A stretch of DNA of 64,000 nucleotides from Tubiluchus corallicola (lineage: Eukaryota; Animalia; Priapulida). Positions within the stretch are counted from its first letter, which is position 1. Each line of letters begins with the position of its first letter. Shown in pieces: positions 1 to 12,160 of this stretch. The notes below the pieces were generated by a model, which did not search any database, was not told where the DNA came from, and saw only the letters and a list, made by a program, of their open reading frames with translations. Made by a program: the position numbers and the translations under genes. Where the stretch lies: contig JAQGDQ010000284.1 of assembly GCA_030141605.1 (NCBI GenBank), positions 236,136 through 300,135 on the forward strand, given 5' to 3'.

Positions 1-186
1 GGCCTTTTAATGTGACCTTATAATTATGAAATCCAACCAGTTAGAATCTGCAATGTTTATTGATGTTTTAACTTTATACAACTTCGTGAAGATGTATTAA
101 AAACCTTTAACTTTCAAGTATATCACATATGTGTTAATACGACTTGTAGTTAAACTTTTTACAAAGTCAGTTTGTATTTATGTCTT

Positions 187-372
187 GGAATAGCTTCTTG
201 GTTTGGCATAGCTGTCCATGGCTTCTTGGTTTTGCATGGCTTGCCATGGCTTCTTGGTTTGGCATGGCTTGCCATGGCTTCTTGGTTTTGCAAGGTATTG
301 CCATGGCTTCTTGGTTAGGCAAGGTATTGCCATAGCTTCTTGGTTTGGCATGGCTCGCCATAGCTTCTTGAC
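187..372. repeat. Minisatellite, ~28-29 bp unit (GCCATGGCTTCTTGGTTTGGCATGGCTT-like), ~6 copies
   Basis: Repeated GCCATGGCTTCTTGGTT core at a regular spacing; explains the repetitive ORFs 167..403 and 178..384. Confidence 0.9.
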
Positions 373-675
373 TTGAATGTACAATGATCAGCCGGTCATT
401 CAAATTAGTTGATACACGAGGTATGAGTACTTATGTACAATATTAGCTAATATTACTATAGATAAGCAAATCTAATTACGTAGATTGCTTACATGAAGTT
501 ATTGTAAATTTGCCAACTTAGCTAAATAATAGTAACAAAAGTTGCATTGATACTCTGTCTGTAATTATCCTTCTCTATACAATGAAGTATTCATAATTGG
601 CTATGAAATACACATTCAGAATCCATGACCGTAAACTGTCTATTTAAACTATCACATAGTTTACGTGTCAGCGTG

Positions 676-1010
676 TTAGTCTGCCTATCTGTGCATATTA
701 ATAGGCTGCATATCAGGTTGTTAGTCTGCCTATCGGTGCTTATTAATAGCTTACCTAACAGCCTGTTTGTCTACCTATCTGTGCATATTAATAGGCTACC
801 CATCAGCCTGTTAGTCTGCCTATCTGTGCTTATTAATAGCTTACCTAACAGCCTGTTTGTCTGCCTATCACTACATATTAATAGGCTATCCATCAGCCTG
901 CTAGTCTGCCTATCTGTGCTTATTAATAGCTTACCTAACAGCCTGTTGGTCTGCCTAACTGTGCATGTAATGAGTTACCTATCAGCTTGTTTATCTGCCT
1001 GTCTGTGCAT
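676..1010. repeat. Minisatellite, 45-bp unit with alternating A/B variants (90-bp higher-order repeat)
   Basis: Units start at TTAGTCTGCC/TTTGTCT every 45 nt. They alternate ...CATATTAATAGGCT... and ...CTTATTAATAGCTTACCTAAC... Explains ORF 625..1026. Confidence 0.9.
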
Positions 1011-1307
1011 GTTAATTCAGGACTGAATAGATAACATTTTCAATTATGCATAAATAATTAAACATTAACTTTGGTATTTATTAGACGAAATGCTGTTCGT
1101 GTTCAATAAATTTACCTGCGTTCGGTAAACGACTTCATGTGAATTTGATGTTTTCTGTTGTTGATAATCTTTAATAAGATTCACTCATTACAGAAATTAA
1201 AGTTTGGTGCAATAACTACGAATCGTACACAAGAAAATAATAGTCTTTAATAGGCTTGCTAAATTTTTGTGCGTAAGTGGTGCTGACAGGCATTGTAATG
1301 TTTAGTG

Positions 1308-1792
1308 CAGGGGTGTGCAAATTGCGGCCCGCCGAGAGAATTTGTGCAGCCTACGAAGAGATTTGTCAACCTAATGAAAGTGCGGCCCGGGCGATTAATT
1401 GAGTGTATCCAGCTGAAGTCCGTGCCACGATTCCAAAGATAGTGCGGTTAGTTTTTTCTACTAGATCGGATGCCATTAACCCTTACAAGATGGTTGTTTA
1501 GCTTAATGTCACTGTACTACACAGACTGTGTGATACACATTACTAATATGCATTGTAATGAAATTACCACTATCTGTCCTGAAAGTAGAAATATATGGTT
1601 TGTAATATAAATTTTAATAACTTCTAAAATAGTTTCTTGAGTGTAGTAGTAATGATGTACGCAGGTCGGATGCAAAAAAAATCGTTATTAGGTCCTACTG
1701 TACTTGGCTCCTTGATCAATCTGCCTGTGGCCCGCAGGAATTGTGGGAAAGTTTAATGTGGCCCGGCTAGTCAGATAATTTGTACACCCCTG
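1308..1792. mobile_element. Non-autonomous hAT (Charlie-like) MITE, 485 bp
   Basis: TIRs CAGGGGTGTGCAAA / TTTGTACACCCCTG; subterminal GCGGCCC/GTGGCCC motifs; 8-bp TSD GTTTAGTG (1300-1307) vs GTCTAGTG (1793-1800), resembling the hAT-Charlie NTCTAGAN target. Confidence 0.85.
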
Positions 1793-2249
1793 GTCTAGTG
1801 TTTCTTAGACTAATGTTTGCAACTCAAATGACACAGCCATGATCATATAAAACCTTGCCAAGTTTGACCATGTTCACTAGTTGATGTGCCTTATCTGTTT
1901 TGAAAGCAGATTTCTTTTACAATGGAATTTGTTCAGTGTAGCATTGAGATTAGCTTGATAGTAATTTATTAATTATAATTATTAATAATTTATTGAATAT
2001 TTTAATGCCTTTTACATGATGATCAAATGGATTTTCGAAACAAAGGACCATCAAAATTAGTAAAAAATAATTCATAAAATATATAAATCAGTTAGATATG
2101 TACAGCAAACATAAATAGGGAAATTTCTTTTGAATAAATGTAAAGTATCTTCTTAATATCTGTCATCTAATGATACTCCACTTTCGTTGTCAAAGGGTTA
2201 CATTAATGTGAACATTCCCTTGATAAACGACATAAAAATATGAAAAAAA

Positions 2250-2352
2250 CATTTGAAACCCAACTTTACGGAATGGAAGAAAATGTGAAAAAATGTTGAC
2301 AAACCTTGGATTTGAACCTACAACCTTTGGATTATAAGTTTAGTGCTATGAC
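2250..2352 (-). mobile_element. Degenerate tRNA-derived (SINE-like) fragment
   Basis: Minus strand reads ...TTATAATCCAAAGGTTGTAGGTTCAAATCC..., an anticodon-arm/B-box-like segment; similar to 2655-2765 in the opposite orientation. Confidence 0.45.
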
Positions 2353-2654
2353 TCTTAAATACATTATAAATGCATAAATACATGATATTATGCATTAACA
2401 TTAAATTAAAGAAAGACGTATTATTGTATAAAACGTGTTGTATATAGTATATAATTCATATTTAGGTACATTTTATTAGGAGTTTTTTAATGAGAGATAC
2501 TCAATCTAAGGGATTTTTTTATAGATTTTATTTTTGTGCATCTTTATGTCTTATAGGGCCAGCGTAAATGCGCATGCGCCTGCTGATTCTTTCTTTGATA
2601 CAATTTTCATATATGTATAAATGTAAAATGAAAAAATAGAGCATAGTTGATCAC

Positions 2655-2765
2655 AAAGGGCTAGTGATCATCTCACTGGACTCGTAATCCAAAGGTTCCA
2701 GGTTCAAATCTGGAATCAATCATGACTTTCTTATTTTCTTTTCCGTTAAACTTGATTTTAAAAGT
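2655..2765 (+). mobile_element. Degenerate tRNA-derived (SINE-like) fragment
   Basis: CACTGGACTCGTAATCCAAAGGTTCCAGGTTCAAATCT has a B-box-like GGTTCAAATC; no complete cloverleaf seen. Confidence 0.45.
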
Positions 2766-4447
2766 ATAATTAGTTATTTTCGTGCAGAAACAAAAATGGG
2801 TAAAATTTTCTTTAACTTGTTGTAGAATTTGCAATAGGTGAGTTGTTTGTTCTTACGTGTTGTGAATCATATCATTATTAATTAACACAGACGAAGTTTA
2901 TTGCACCTAATATCCGTCTATACCTGGGAGTAGGGTTTAATAATGCAGGTGCTACGAGTTATTTATTGATTTCAAGCAAGTTAATTAATTTTAGAGCCGC
3001 TTTGTATGGCAACGGTAACTGCACTTTTAACTGATGACGACCAGCCTTTCAATACACGAAATTTTCTTTACCTGATGGTGGTTGAGTTTTTCTGGATGGT
3101 TGTCCAGTTGACAGAATGGCTAGATATTTGGTTGAATAGCTGTATGGTGGGTCCTCAAGCTTCAAATACAGGGCTTCGAAGAGGGGCCCTTATTTCAAAT
3201 AAAGCGCCTAAAACAGGCGCCCTTTCTCTCAAGTAAAACTCCTCAAACAGGGATCCTTTATCTCAAGTGAGAAGCCACTTTAAAATTGGATTTTCAGTCT
3301 TCCTGGCCTCCCTTTTTAAACTTTAAATTTTATCTTAAGTTATATGAATTATTCAACCATGCAAAGTTTTCCCCCCTTCCGAGCTCGAGGGGCTCTAGTC
3401 TATGCTAGCCTGTAGGGTAATCTAGCCCTGGTTATGCCAAGAAAACTCAAGCGAGTTCTGTTAATATCTGCAGTCTACAGTGTTACTAGACAAACGATTA
3501 GCTTTGTGTTAATAAATTACATTACTTGGAGAATAAGCTTAATAAAATGGATTTTTTTATTACTGATGCATTCTGGGATCCACCATCAATGACGTCATTG
3601 TAGCTTTTTTGCCATTACCTCGAATTACTAAGAAATATCTTTTTGCTACTATAGTAACCCGAACCATTTAAACAAATAAAGTGCCAAGAAAGTACTAACT
3701 ACGATAGATTTTTAAAAAGATTTTTAAATTTGCTAATATTTCTCTTTAAAGATAACTCGACCTTAAAGTTTTAAATGTAAAATTTGGGTCAAATTTCAGT
3801 ATCTTCTGACACAAGAATACTGTATTTTTTCTACGTCAGACCTCATTAAAACCGAAGCTTATTGAAACTTACAATGAAAAGCCTCATCAATCATATTCCC
3901 CATATAAGGCTGTCATTTTTTAATTTGACTCGTGCACTGAGCTTGGCATTTAATTCCTGGTTAATTTATCTGCCCTGATTTCAAATAAATATGCAAAGAG
4001 ATGTCTACAAGAGATATAAATCCCATGTTATTTGGACGTAAAATAAAAACTCCACTCTGTCATGTACTTGTCGTTTCAATTACGACTTTGTCTCATGTCA
4101 TTAGTGAACGTTTCTGTTTAAAAAAATAGTCCAGACCAAGTTTTGGGTTGCTGCTAGCATATGTTGTTTTTTGATCACGTGGAGACTAGAGAAATGGTCT
4201 AAGGAACCAATTTCAATGACCATCTTGCTCTGCCCATTGGTCATGCAGGAGCGAGGTTCAAGACGTATTTAATAACTCGTGCACCAGACAGATTATCTCG
4301 TGCACCAGCAGTGGTCCGTGTGGGTGCTGGTTCAGAAAATTTTTAGCTATTGCTTTAATAAATAGGCCTACTGTGTGAAACGAAACAAGAGTGTAATTTT
4401 ATGTTATAATTGTAAATTTAAACAAACAAACGTACAAAAAAGTATAC

Positions 4448-4646
4448 ACACCAGGGAGGAAGAGAGGGGGTTCCTGTTGTCTGGGCAACTCAGGATCTCC
4501 ATACACCTTGCCCAGGCATGCACCCTGGAGACGTTCAAGGATCGGACTGCTCAGCTATAGTCGACGCTGCAGCTCCATCAATGTGATCAATAACTGACTC
4601 TCTTGGCGCACACTCCATTGTCTTCCGAGACAGAAGGATGCCAACA
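4448..4646 (+). mobile_element. 5'-truncated copy of the 5S/RTE chimeric SINE, with intact RTE-type 3' tail
   Basis: Near-identical to 21473-21639. 4535-4597 translates SRIGLLSYSRRCSSINVINN* (RTE ORF C-terminal motif). Ends CTCCATTGTCTTCCGAGACAGAAGGATGCCAACA. Confidence 0.8.
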
Positions 4647-4887
4647 TATGTGCTTTTTAAAGAAGGCCTAATCTTTAAGCTCAGCATTACTATAGGAATA
4701 TGAAAAACTTAAGGGGTAAAGATAATAGCAGACTTTATAACGAATTGTAAGATTGTGAGAAAAATTGTAAACGCTTGCACATTGAGAATTCCAAAGTTAT
4801 GCTACTATGTAAATAACAGTCAAGTAAATTTAAGATTTAAATATAGTTGTACTGTAGATCTAAACTAAAATGTAAAATTAAAGGTTA

Positions 4888-5104
4888 AGAACTCATTTAA
4901 AGATTATGTTTTAAGATATCTATTACAGCTCCTTACAACACTGTATAATGTAATATAATTACAAGGGAACTACAATGTGTGGTTATTATAAAGTTGCATG
5001 TCTGTAGATATGTTACTTTACTAACACCGCATTACCTGTTTTACTAACATCTTTATCTTTGTAAACTGTATATTTTTATACGAAATAAACTCATAATAAT
5101 AATA
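4888..5104 (+). mobile_element. LINE-type 3' end (CR1/L2-like) with AATAAA and (TAA)n tail; second copy at 53830-54046
   Basis: Two highly similar ~215-bp dispersed copies, both ending AAATAAACTCATAATAATAATA. Confidence 0.7.
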
Positions 5105-5451
5105 AGCCATAGTTTCTTACTGTATCTAACCTTTCGCTAACTACGAATCAAAACACGTTAAAAAATTGAAGTGAATAAAAATTCCATTTTGCTGAGCCCT
5201 CCTACTGCGTAAGACGATAAATTTTCTAAACATGTCATTGGAGAATAGAGTCCGGCTTATTCATTGTGACGGACACGACTGCAAAACTGTCTTTATTTTA
5301 TAATAGAGGCATTAAGTGAGTCGTAAAAATGGTTCCTTTTTTCTCAAACAATTTAGGAAAAAAAGCAAAACTGTTAAAGTCCGAATTTATTAATAGAATT
5401 GATGTCCCTTTGTACGAAGTCTTAATCAAATCGAACGTGAAACATTAAAGT

Positions 5452-5810
5452 AAAACAGGACCCAATCTTAAACTACAGCACAAAACAATGTACAATGTAA
5501 AATACAGGAAGGAACATACTCTTTTTTTCAAGAATGACTTGCGTGTCACTGATTAAAAGTACGTGAGTTTACAGCTAGTTAGAGATTAATTAATATTCGT
5601 CACTGGTAAAAAGTCGTTGCAGTGTGTTAGTGCTGAAGTGTTTTAATCTTTCTGCGCAAAATCTTAATATGTAATACTACCTCAGAAACGTAATTTCGTG
5701 TTCGCGTCACTAGTTCTTTGCTGTTACATTCATTTCGCCATTCGTTAGTTAGATAGGTACTAACACCGGCATCTTGGAAACACGTTGCCCAAAAAACAGA
5801 TGTTATACCT
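5452..5810 (+). repeat. Unclassified dispersed repeat; related copy at 56065-56290
   Basis: Colinear shared blocks CCAATCTTAAACT, AATGACTTGCGTG, CACTAGTTCTT, CATTCG.TA.TTAGA and AAAAACAG.TG in both loci. Confidence 0.6.
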
Positions 5811-5939
5811 TTCAGTTCAAAGATGTTCGGTTGTGACGTAGTGCACTCATTCAAGAGCTCATGCGTGAGCACAGCAATAAATTTGAAATTTGAATTTTAA
5901 ACCTAAATTTGCCGAGCTTTTGAATATTCTCAGCCTTAG

Positions 5940-6290
5940 TAGTTGAAACTATATTTCTGTATAACTCTGAGCTCTGGACATTAAAAGCAAATCATTAAGC
6001 TGAAATCGATACGTTTAAAAAGCGAAATTACAGAAACATTTTGGGTATTAGATGGCCAAAGAAAATTTCAAACAAAGATCTATATGAAAAAATAAAAGAA
6101 GAACATTGGACAAGAAAAATAAAAAGACGCCCTTTAAGATGGATTGGGCATATGCTTAGACTACCTGATGATATTCCAGTGAAGATAGCTCTTCAACAAG
6201 CCATAGAACCAGCTAAAAAACCTGCAGGAGGACAAATGTTAACATATTTAGATTTTGCACAGAAAGATTTAAACACTACAACACTGAACA
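5940..6290 (+). mobile_element. RTE/RTE-X-like LINE remnant, region C-terminal to the RT domain
   Basis: Reads IFLYNSELWTL...RNILGIRWPKKISNKDLYEK...IKRRPLRWIGHMLRLPDDIPVKIAL, the typical RTE-clade ISN..L / RRLRWxGHxxR motif; frame disruptions upstream. Confidence 0.8.
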
Positions 6291-6320
6291 TGATCATGTC
6301 CTTGGACGTATAATTCATTG

Positions 6321-6373
6321 GATGATGATGATGATGATGATGATGATGGTGGTGCTGATGATGATGATGTTGT

Positions 6374-6419
<46 letters not shown>

Positions 6420-6426
6420 AATGATA

Positions 6427-6476
<50 letters not shown>

Positions 6477-6480
6477 AATG

Positions 6481-6570
<90 letters not shown>
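6321..6570. repeat. Compound microsatellite (GAT)n-(AAT)n
   Basis: Directly visible; source of the homopolymeric ORFs. Confidence 0.98.
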
Positions 6571-6572
<2 letters not shown>

Positions 6573-7220
6573 CATCAACCAATGAACATTAATGTGCGGA
6601 GTTTCCACGTAGTTTCTAAATAATTATAATCAGTATTTAAAAAGCCGTACCTCCTTACCACCAATCTCACGCCTAAATTCTGTGTCCAGTTGCTTGACGC
6701 ATATTAAAAAAAAACTTTCTTTACCGGTAACTAACCTAACACACTACAAAGACTTTTTACACTTGTCGAATATTAATTAATCTCTAACTAACTGCAAACT
6801 CACGTACTTTAAATGGGTGACACACAGTCTACTAGTCCTTACCTGTGACGAATATTAATTAAACAGTTCCCACCTGTAATCTACCTGTATGCGCTCACAA
6901 TGCAAGCCGTATGTTTTCCCCTCTGGCTGTCCTAGCACGGTTCTCATGGGAATGGACTTAGCAATGTGAAATGACCTAAGCTGCATGTAAACCCTATAAG
7001 AAATATTCCGTACGGTGAGGAACTGGGGAGGGGGGTACACGCAATTAATACATCTGCGATGTATCTGATAAAACAAAATGTCAGACGTCTGTATGCTGAC
7101 GTAGAACTAGACAATAAATTCAAAATAACAATGACTTTTGCACACGCGCGAGCAATGTCGGTTGTCTACAGTTATTCCAGCATAGATAAGGGAACGTAAC
7201 TAAGTGAATTTAAATTTCGT

Positions 7221-7333
7221 ATTACTAGTAAGTCACATGTCTTTAAACAGAGGTATAATGTATCCTATGGTGGTCAGCATAACCACAAATTATGCTGTTT
7301 ACTAATGAAACACGGCGGTTTATCAAAAGTAAT
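7221..7333 (+). repeat. 113-bp element, inverted partner of 7894-8012
   Basis: Near-exact reverse complement of 7894-8012; begins ATTACT and ends AGTAAT. Confidence 0.9.
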
Positions 7334-7893
7334 TTACGAATTATGGTGGGGGCAATTTTTTACCCCCCGGTTACCAAAATTGGTTGTAAAAAATCGTGAC
7401 CCTATAAGAGTTAAAGTTAAACTAACCCATTGCTTGCTGCTTGTTACATTTTCCCATGAGCCAAACTACAATCTCAAGGTAGATTACATTCATTCTCATC
7501 TGTAAGTGTTAAACACACAGCAGGTATCTACCTGTCATGTCTTTACCTATGTGAGCAATGCCTCTTCCCTCTAGCCATTTACAATTCTTTATCTGAGGAA
7601 ATCTGATACGGTTTGCTTATTAAATGGCGTGTAATATTTCTTGTTAATACACGTTTAGTTATTAAATTTTGTTTAGCCTTTGGCTAAAAGTGGTTATTTT
7701 CCCATCAGAATGACCGGAGCGAAGTGCCGAGTTCTTTATTGGGTTTTGCTTGAAGAGTTCAAGTCAGTTCTTCCGAAAACAGACGCTGTGAGCGTTTATC
7801 AAACTGAAAATAATCTATTTTTAGAAAACTACTACTTTGACAGGTCATTTGCTACGTCATTTTCTAGCATTGTCTGTTTATATATATATATAT

Positions 7894-8008
7894 ATTACTT
7901 TTGATAAACCGCCGTGTTTCATTAGTAAACAGCAACAGCATAATTTGTGGTTATGCTGACCACCATAGGATACATTATACCTCTGCTTAAAGACATGTGA
8001 CTTACTAG

Positions 8009-8012
<4 letters not shown>
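7894..8012 (-). repeat. 119-bp inverted copy of 7221-7333, embedded in (TA)n
   Basis: Reverse-complement match with a 6-nt internal duplication; (TA)n on both sides (7879-7894 and 8011-8078). Confidence 0.9.
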
Positions 8013-8079
<67 letters not shown>

Positions 8080-8081
<2 letters not shown>

Positions 8082-8520
8082 ATCTTTATTTGCCATTAAA
8101 ATACATTGATAATCAGCGATAAAAACTTTACAGAGATGATGAATCAGTGTTAGTTAATAAAAACTTACACTGCTAAAGACAAATGCGTCAGTGCAATCTA
8201 AACTACTGTGCAGTAATGGAAAGTAACGACGAATAAAATCAAACGTATTTACAACTATGCACAAAAATGAAAAAATTATTATTTAATTAATATGGCCGTG
8301 GATACATGAATTCTGAATTAGTGTGTATGTTGTCGTGCTGGTGTGATGGTATTTCATATCTGGTTAATATTAGTGATTTTAATTTTGTTTTAAATGCTGA
8401 TTGGGACCTGATTTGTTTAACCTGTAATGGTAGAGAATTCCAAAGTAGAATTGCTTGCTTGATTACAGAGTTCGTTCCATAGTGGGTATTTGTCCTAATT
8501 TGTTTTAGATTGCTCGTTCT
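8080..8520 (-). mobile_element. CR1/L2-like LINE 3' end
   Basis: Minus strand encodes ...AILLWNSLPLQVKQIRSQSAFKTKLKSL, then a 3'UTR ending GGCAAATAAAGATTA; matches the plus-strand copy at 14907-15224. Confidence 0.75.
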
Positions 8521-8629
8521 GGAATTGACGATAGGATTCTCACAAAGGTTTTTGAAAACAGTAGACTTTCTCTTGAAACCAAAGTCCGGATCCTTTCAAC
8601 TTTAGTTGAACCTGATGAAACAAGCTGAT

Positions 8630-9060
8630 CTTTGGACAATCAGGTTAAACAGCAGAAGGAAATTGACGTTTTTCAAAGACAACTCTATAGAAAATTTCTA
8701 AGAATTAGGGGCCTGACAGAATATCCATTCGTGATCAGTACGATGTGGTCAAGAATGATCTTTAGAGTATTGGAAACAAATACAAGTAAGAAGACTGCAT
8801 TGGATTGAGCATGCACCAAGATTAAATGACCTGACCGAATATCCAATGATGATCTGTATGATGTGGTCAAGAAGAATCCTTGGAATAAACAAATACAAGT
8901 AAGAAGATTGCATTGGATTGGACATGCACCAACATTACCTCAAGAGTCTCCTCTTTCTATAGCATTACGTAAAACTCCTGAAACGACAAAAAGCCGAGAA
9001 AGGATCAGCTACTGATGCATATAGATATACTGCGTAACATAACATACTAGAAATAAAGAA
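8630..9060 (+). mobile_element. RTE-like LINE remnant with an internal tandem duplication
   Basis: Reads EIDVFQRQLYRKFLRIR...ISNDDLYDVVKKNPWNKQIQVRRLHWIGHAPTLP; the AAACAAATACAAGTAAGAAGA.TGCATTGGATTG block occurs twice. Confidence 0.7.
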
Positions 9061-10027
9061 GAGTTGAAATAAACGCAGATGAGTTTGAGCTGAATTAACC
9101 ATTTTACCTGGATAGGACACTTTGAGGACTGAATTTTGATTTTGTAAGTCCATGGGCTACAGGTACTGTGTGGCCCCAACCCACAGTGAGAATTAGCAAA
9201 AGCATGAATGTTGGATTCTTCAAATCAGTTTATTCAACTTATGCCACCTAATACCAACATTAGACACACATTGATGGGTGCAAGCTCAACACAGCAAAAA
9301 GAGAATAAATATTCTGATATTTGCAACATTAAAATGAGGTTTTGAATTATTAAATATAGTACGTACAAATTACAATAATTAAATTACTAGTATTTTAACG
9401 TGTATCATAAAATATACTTTTATTAGTACAAATTAGCTTTTTTCACCAAATAACCAGTAATTGTAATCAAAATTGCTAGTGTGGCAGGACCAGTAAGTTG
9501 GAATAATGGACAAGAAAAGAATTCCAGTGTATTATTATACAGTATATTAATGAATTAAGCCGTTTTTAAAAACATAATTCAGCAAACTTCTACTCTCATT
9601 CTGTAGTAACTTTTCACAGAAATTTAATTTCACTTAATCACTGGAGGCCCCTCAGCTGACGGAGGCTCCTAGGTTGCAGTTCATGTCTTAATCTGGTACT
9701 GAGTCTGTGTAAGAAAGCTATTCCTGTCAGATACAGCAGAGAACAAACTCTATTAAACTTTTATATCTTCCTACGTCGTCCATCCTTCATTTTAGACGTA
9801 AGACCATGAACAATGTCGACAGGTACATTCACCTGCGATGCTTTTTCATACAGGTAGAACCACGTAGAACAGATGATGTAAAATGATTAAATATGCATGC
9901 AGTAATGTTACCTGTACCTTCAACCTGTTGTGAGTACAATAATTTAATTTGCTAGGAATATTTTATGACGATAATGCTATTGTGAAGCCATCACGCCAAT
10001 AGATAAAATTAAATTTTTCATGCAGGT

Positions 10028-10343
10028 AGTTCATTGAGTGTCGTTCATCCCACGTTGAATCATCTTCCACGAATGTTTGGTAGTGAACAATAATGTTACA
10101 GAAAGCGAACGTACTAGGTTATTCCCTTTCATATAATATTAGTGACAAGATGTACGGAACTTAGGTAAATTAAGTAAGATCATCAGTTCATTGAGTGTCG
10201 TTCATCCCATGTTGATTCATCTTCCACGAATGTTTGGTAGTGAACAATAAGGTTACAGAAGGCGAACGTACTAGGTTATTCCCTTTCATATAATATTAGT
10301 GACAAGACGTACGGAACTTAGGTAAATTAAGTAAGATCATCAG
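10028..10343. repeat. Tandem duplication, 157-bp unit x2
   Basis: AGTTCATTGAGTGTCGTTCATCCC...GTAAGATCATC starts at 10028 and again at 10185, with a few substitutions. Confidence 0.95.
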
Positions 10344-10544
10344 CAACTGGAGTTGGTTCCACCACCAGAGGAATTCGTCTGATTTACCTGCGTCTTCCTT
10401 CAATGTCTAATAAACAGTTTTCGATAAACTAAGAGTGCTCTTTAGTGCAAACTGTCTTCTTATAATGATAGTTTTCTGACACTTTTAGCTGCCTAGTTTA
10501 AAATGTAGTTTACTTACCCTTTAACACTTAAAATTGCTCAACAT

Positions 10545-11050
10545 ATAATTATTTTATTTACCATATTTATTTATTAAAGTATCCATGGCTACAAAAAATT
10601 AAATGCATAAAATATCAAAATATGTACGATAATAAACAAGAGAGGTTAAAATGGACACGTGACAGGCATAAAGAGTAAAATTACTACATAATCATGACTG
10701 CAGAAACACAAATGATTTGAAAAGTCAATTTTTATAACTTTTTGACTAAATAATTTACTGGAGGCTGCATTTTACAGTGGAGACCCATTTAGGAAGGGAA
10801 TTCCAGAACTTAACAGCTGTATTAACAAACTAATGTAGAGCTTCAGAACGATTTACATAAAGTCTGTGGCAATGAACCCTAGAAATTCTAGGAGCAAGGG
10901 TAAAAAATTCATGTCTAACTAAGTCACTATCCCTATAAATAATTGTGTAGCACATTTTTAGATCGTTATGAATTCTTTTTTCCTCTAATGGCAACATATT
11001 CAAAGCTAAAAGTCTGTTATGAATTGAAAACGACTCATGCAATTTCAAAG
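10545..11050 (-). mobile_element. CR1-like LINE 3' remnant
   Basis: RLLALNMLPLEEKRIHNDLKMCYTII...FFTL...RVH.HRL..., then a stop and FVNTAVKFWNSLP; typical CR1 ORF2 C-terminus followed by an AT-rich tail with AATAAA. Confidence 0.8.
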
Positions 11051-11784
11051 AGAAAATGGCAAGATATGCCTTTTAAGCGATAGCAATTTTAAATGTGAAT
11101 AGTCAGTGATAAAGGAAATTTTAATTAACCTTGCTGACAAGGAATTTCTGCGCCTGCGCGTAGGTGTAGGTGACTACAGTATCGCACAAGGGCTATTATT
11201 GTGAGCATGGGTGAAGGGACTTGGAAAAAAATCAAGAGGTCTGAAGTGTCACGTGTGCCCATTGTTATGCGCATTCCAATGCGTAGATCCCTCTATTCAC
11301 AGAAGAGATACCTGGACTAAGCGAGTTTCTGTCATTATTACCCTCTTCTCAACATAATCTGAACGTGTACTGAGTGTAATTAGGATATGAAGGATGAAGT
11401 TACCTGTTTACTTTGAATGATGTTAAGACCAAACTTGCAAGCTAAGCAAATACCTTACAACTGTGCAGGAATACATGTAGGCTTGGAGAACTGTATGTAT
11501 ACAGCACTCTGGAAGCTTCATAAGTTACCCTTTTCGAATGAAGTAATGGAATACGCAAAGAAAAATCTGATGGCGTCATCATAATTGCCGACATCGTCAT
11601 CTTCATTATTATCAGTATCGTAATTGTTATACAGTTTTGATTAATGTAGAAAAACCTTTTGTTTGCTGATTAATTTAATAAATTTATTTTGGAAAACTCT
11701 CAACTCAAAGTCAACAGAATAATAAAATCCAAAAGCCCTGCCTAGTCGCATAGGGGTAAATATGTTTATTAAAAAAAATAGGAA

Positions 11785-12160
11785 TGGTTGCTAGGGAGAC
11801 TGAATACTAGGCAATAGGGTTGCTACGTGACGTGGCTCTAACGACTGGTTACTAAGTGACAAGGTTGCTAGGTGACGTGGCTCTAGTTGACTGGTTACTA
11901 AGTGACAAGGTTGCTAGGTGACGAGGCTCTAGCTGACTGGTTGCTAAGTGCCAAACTTGTTAGGTAACGAGGCTGTAACTGACTGGTCACTAAGTGACAA
12001 GGTTGCTAGGTAACGAGGCTGTAACTGAATGGTTGCTAAGTGACAAGGTTGCTAGGTGACGAGGCTGTAACTGACTGGTCGCTCAGTGACAAGGTTGCTA
12101 GGTGAAGTAGTTGCTAAGTAATTGGTTGCTAGGAGACAGTGTGCTAAGTGATAGTTTGCT
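11785..12160. repeat. Minisatellite, 46-bp unit built from three ~15-bp subunits
   Basis: Recurrent GACTGGTTACTAAGT / GACAAGGTTGCTAGGT / GACGAGGCTCTAGCT. Confidence 0.9.

Noticed and set aside
2655-2725. Functional tRNA genes (also 2290-2352 and 48262-48310)
   Set aside because: B-box-like segments only; acceptor and D stems do not pair.
3169-3430. MITE with CAGGGCT/AGCCCTG ends
   Set aside because: Only a 7-bp TIR and no TSD found; plausible but unsupported.
6193-6623. Homopolymeric ORFs (also 33293, 49156-49650, 61335-61891)
   Set aside because: Translations of trinucleotide microsatellites.
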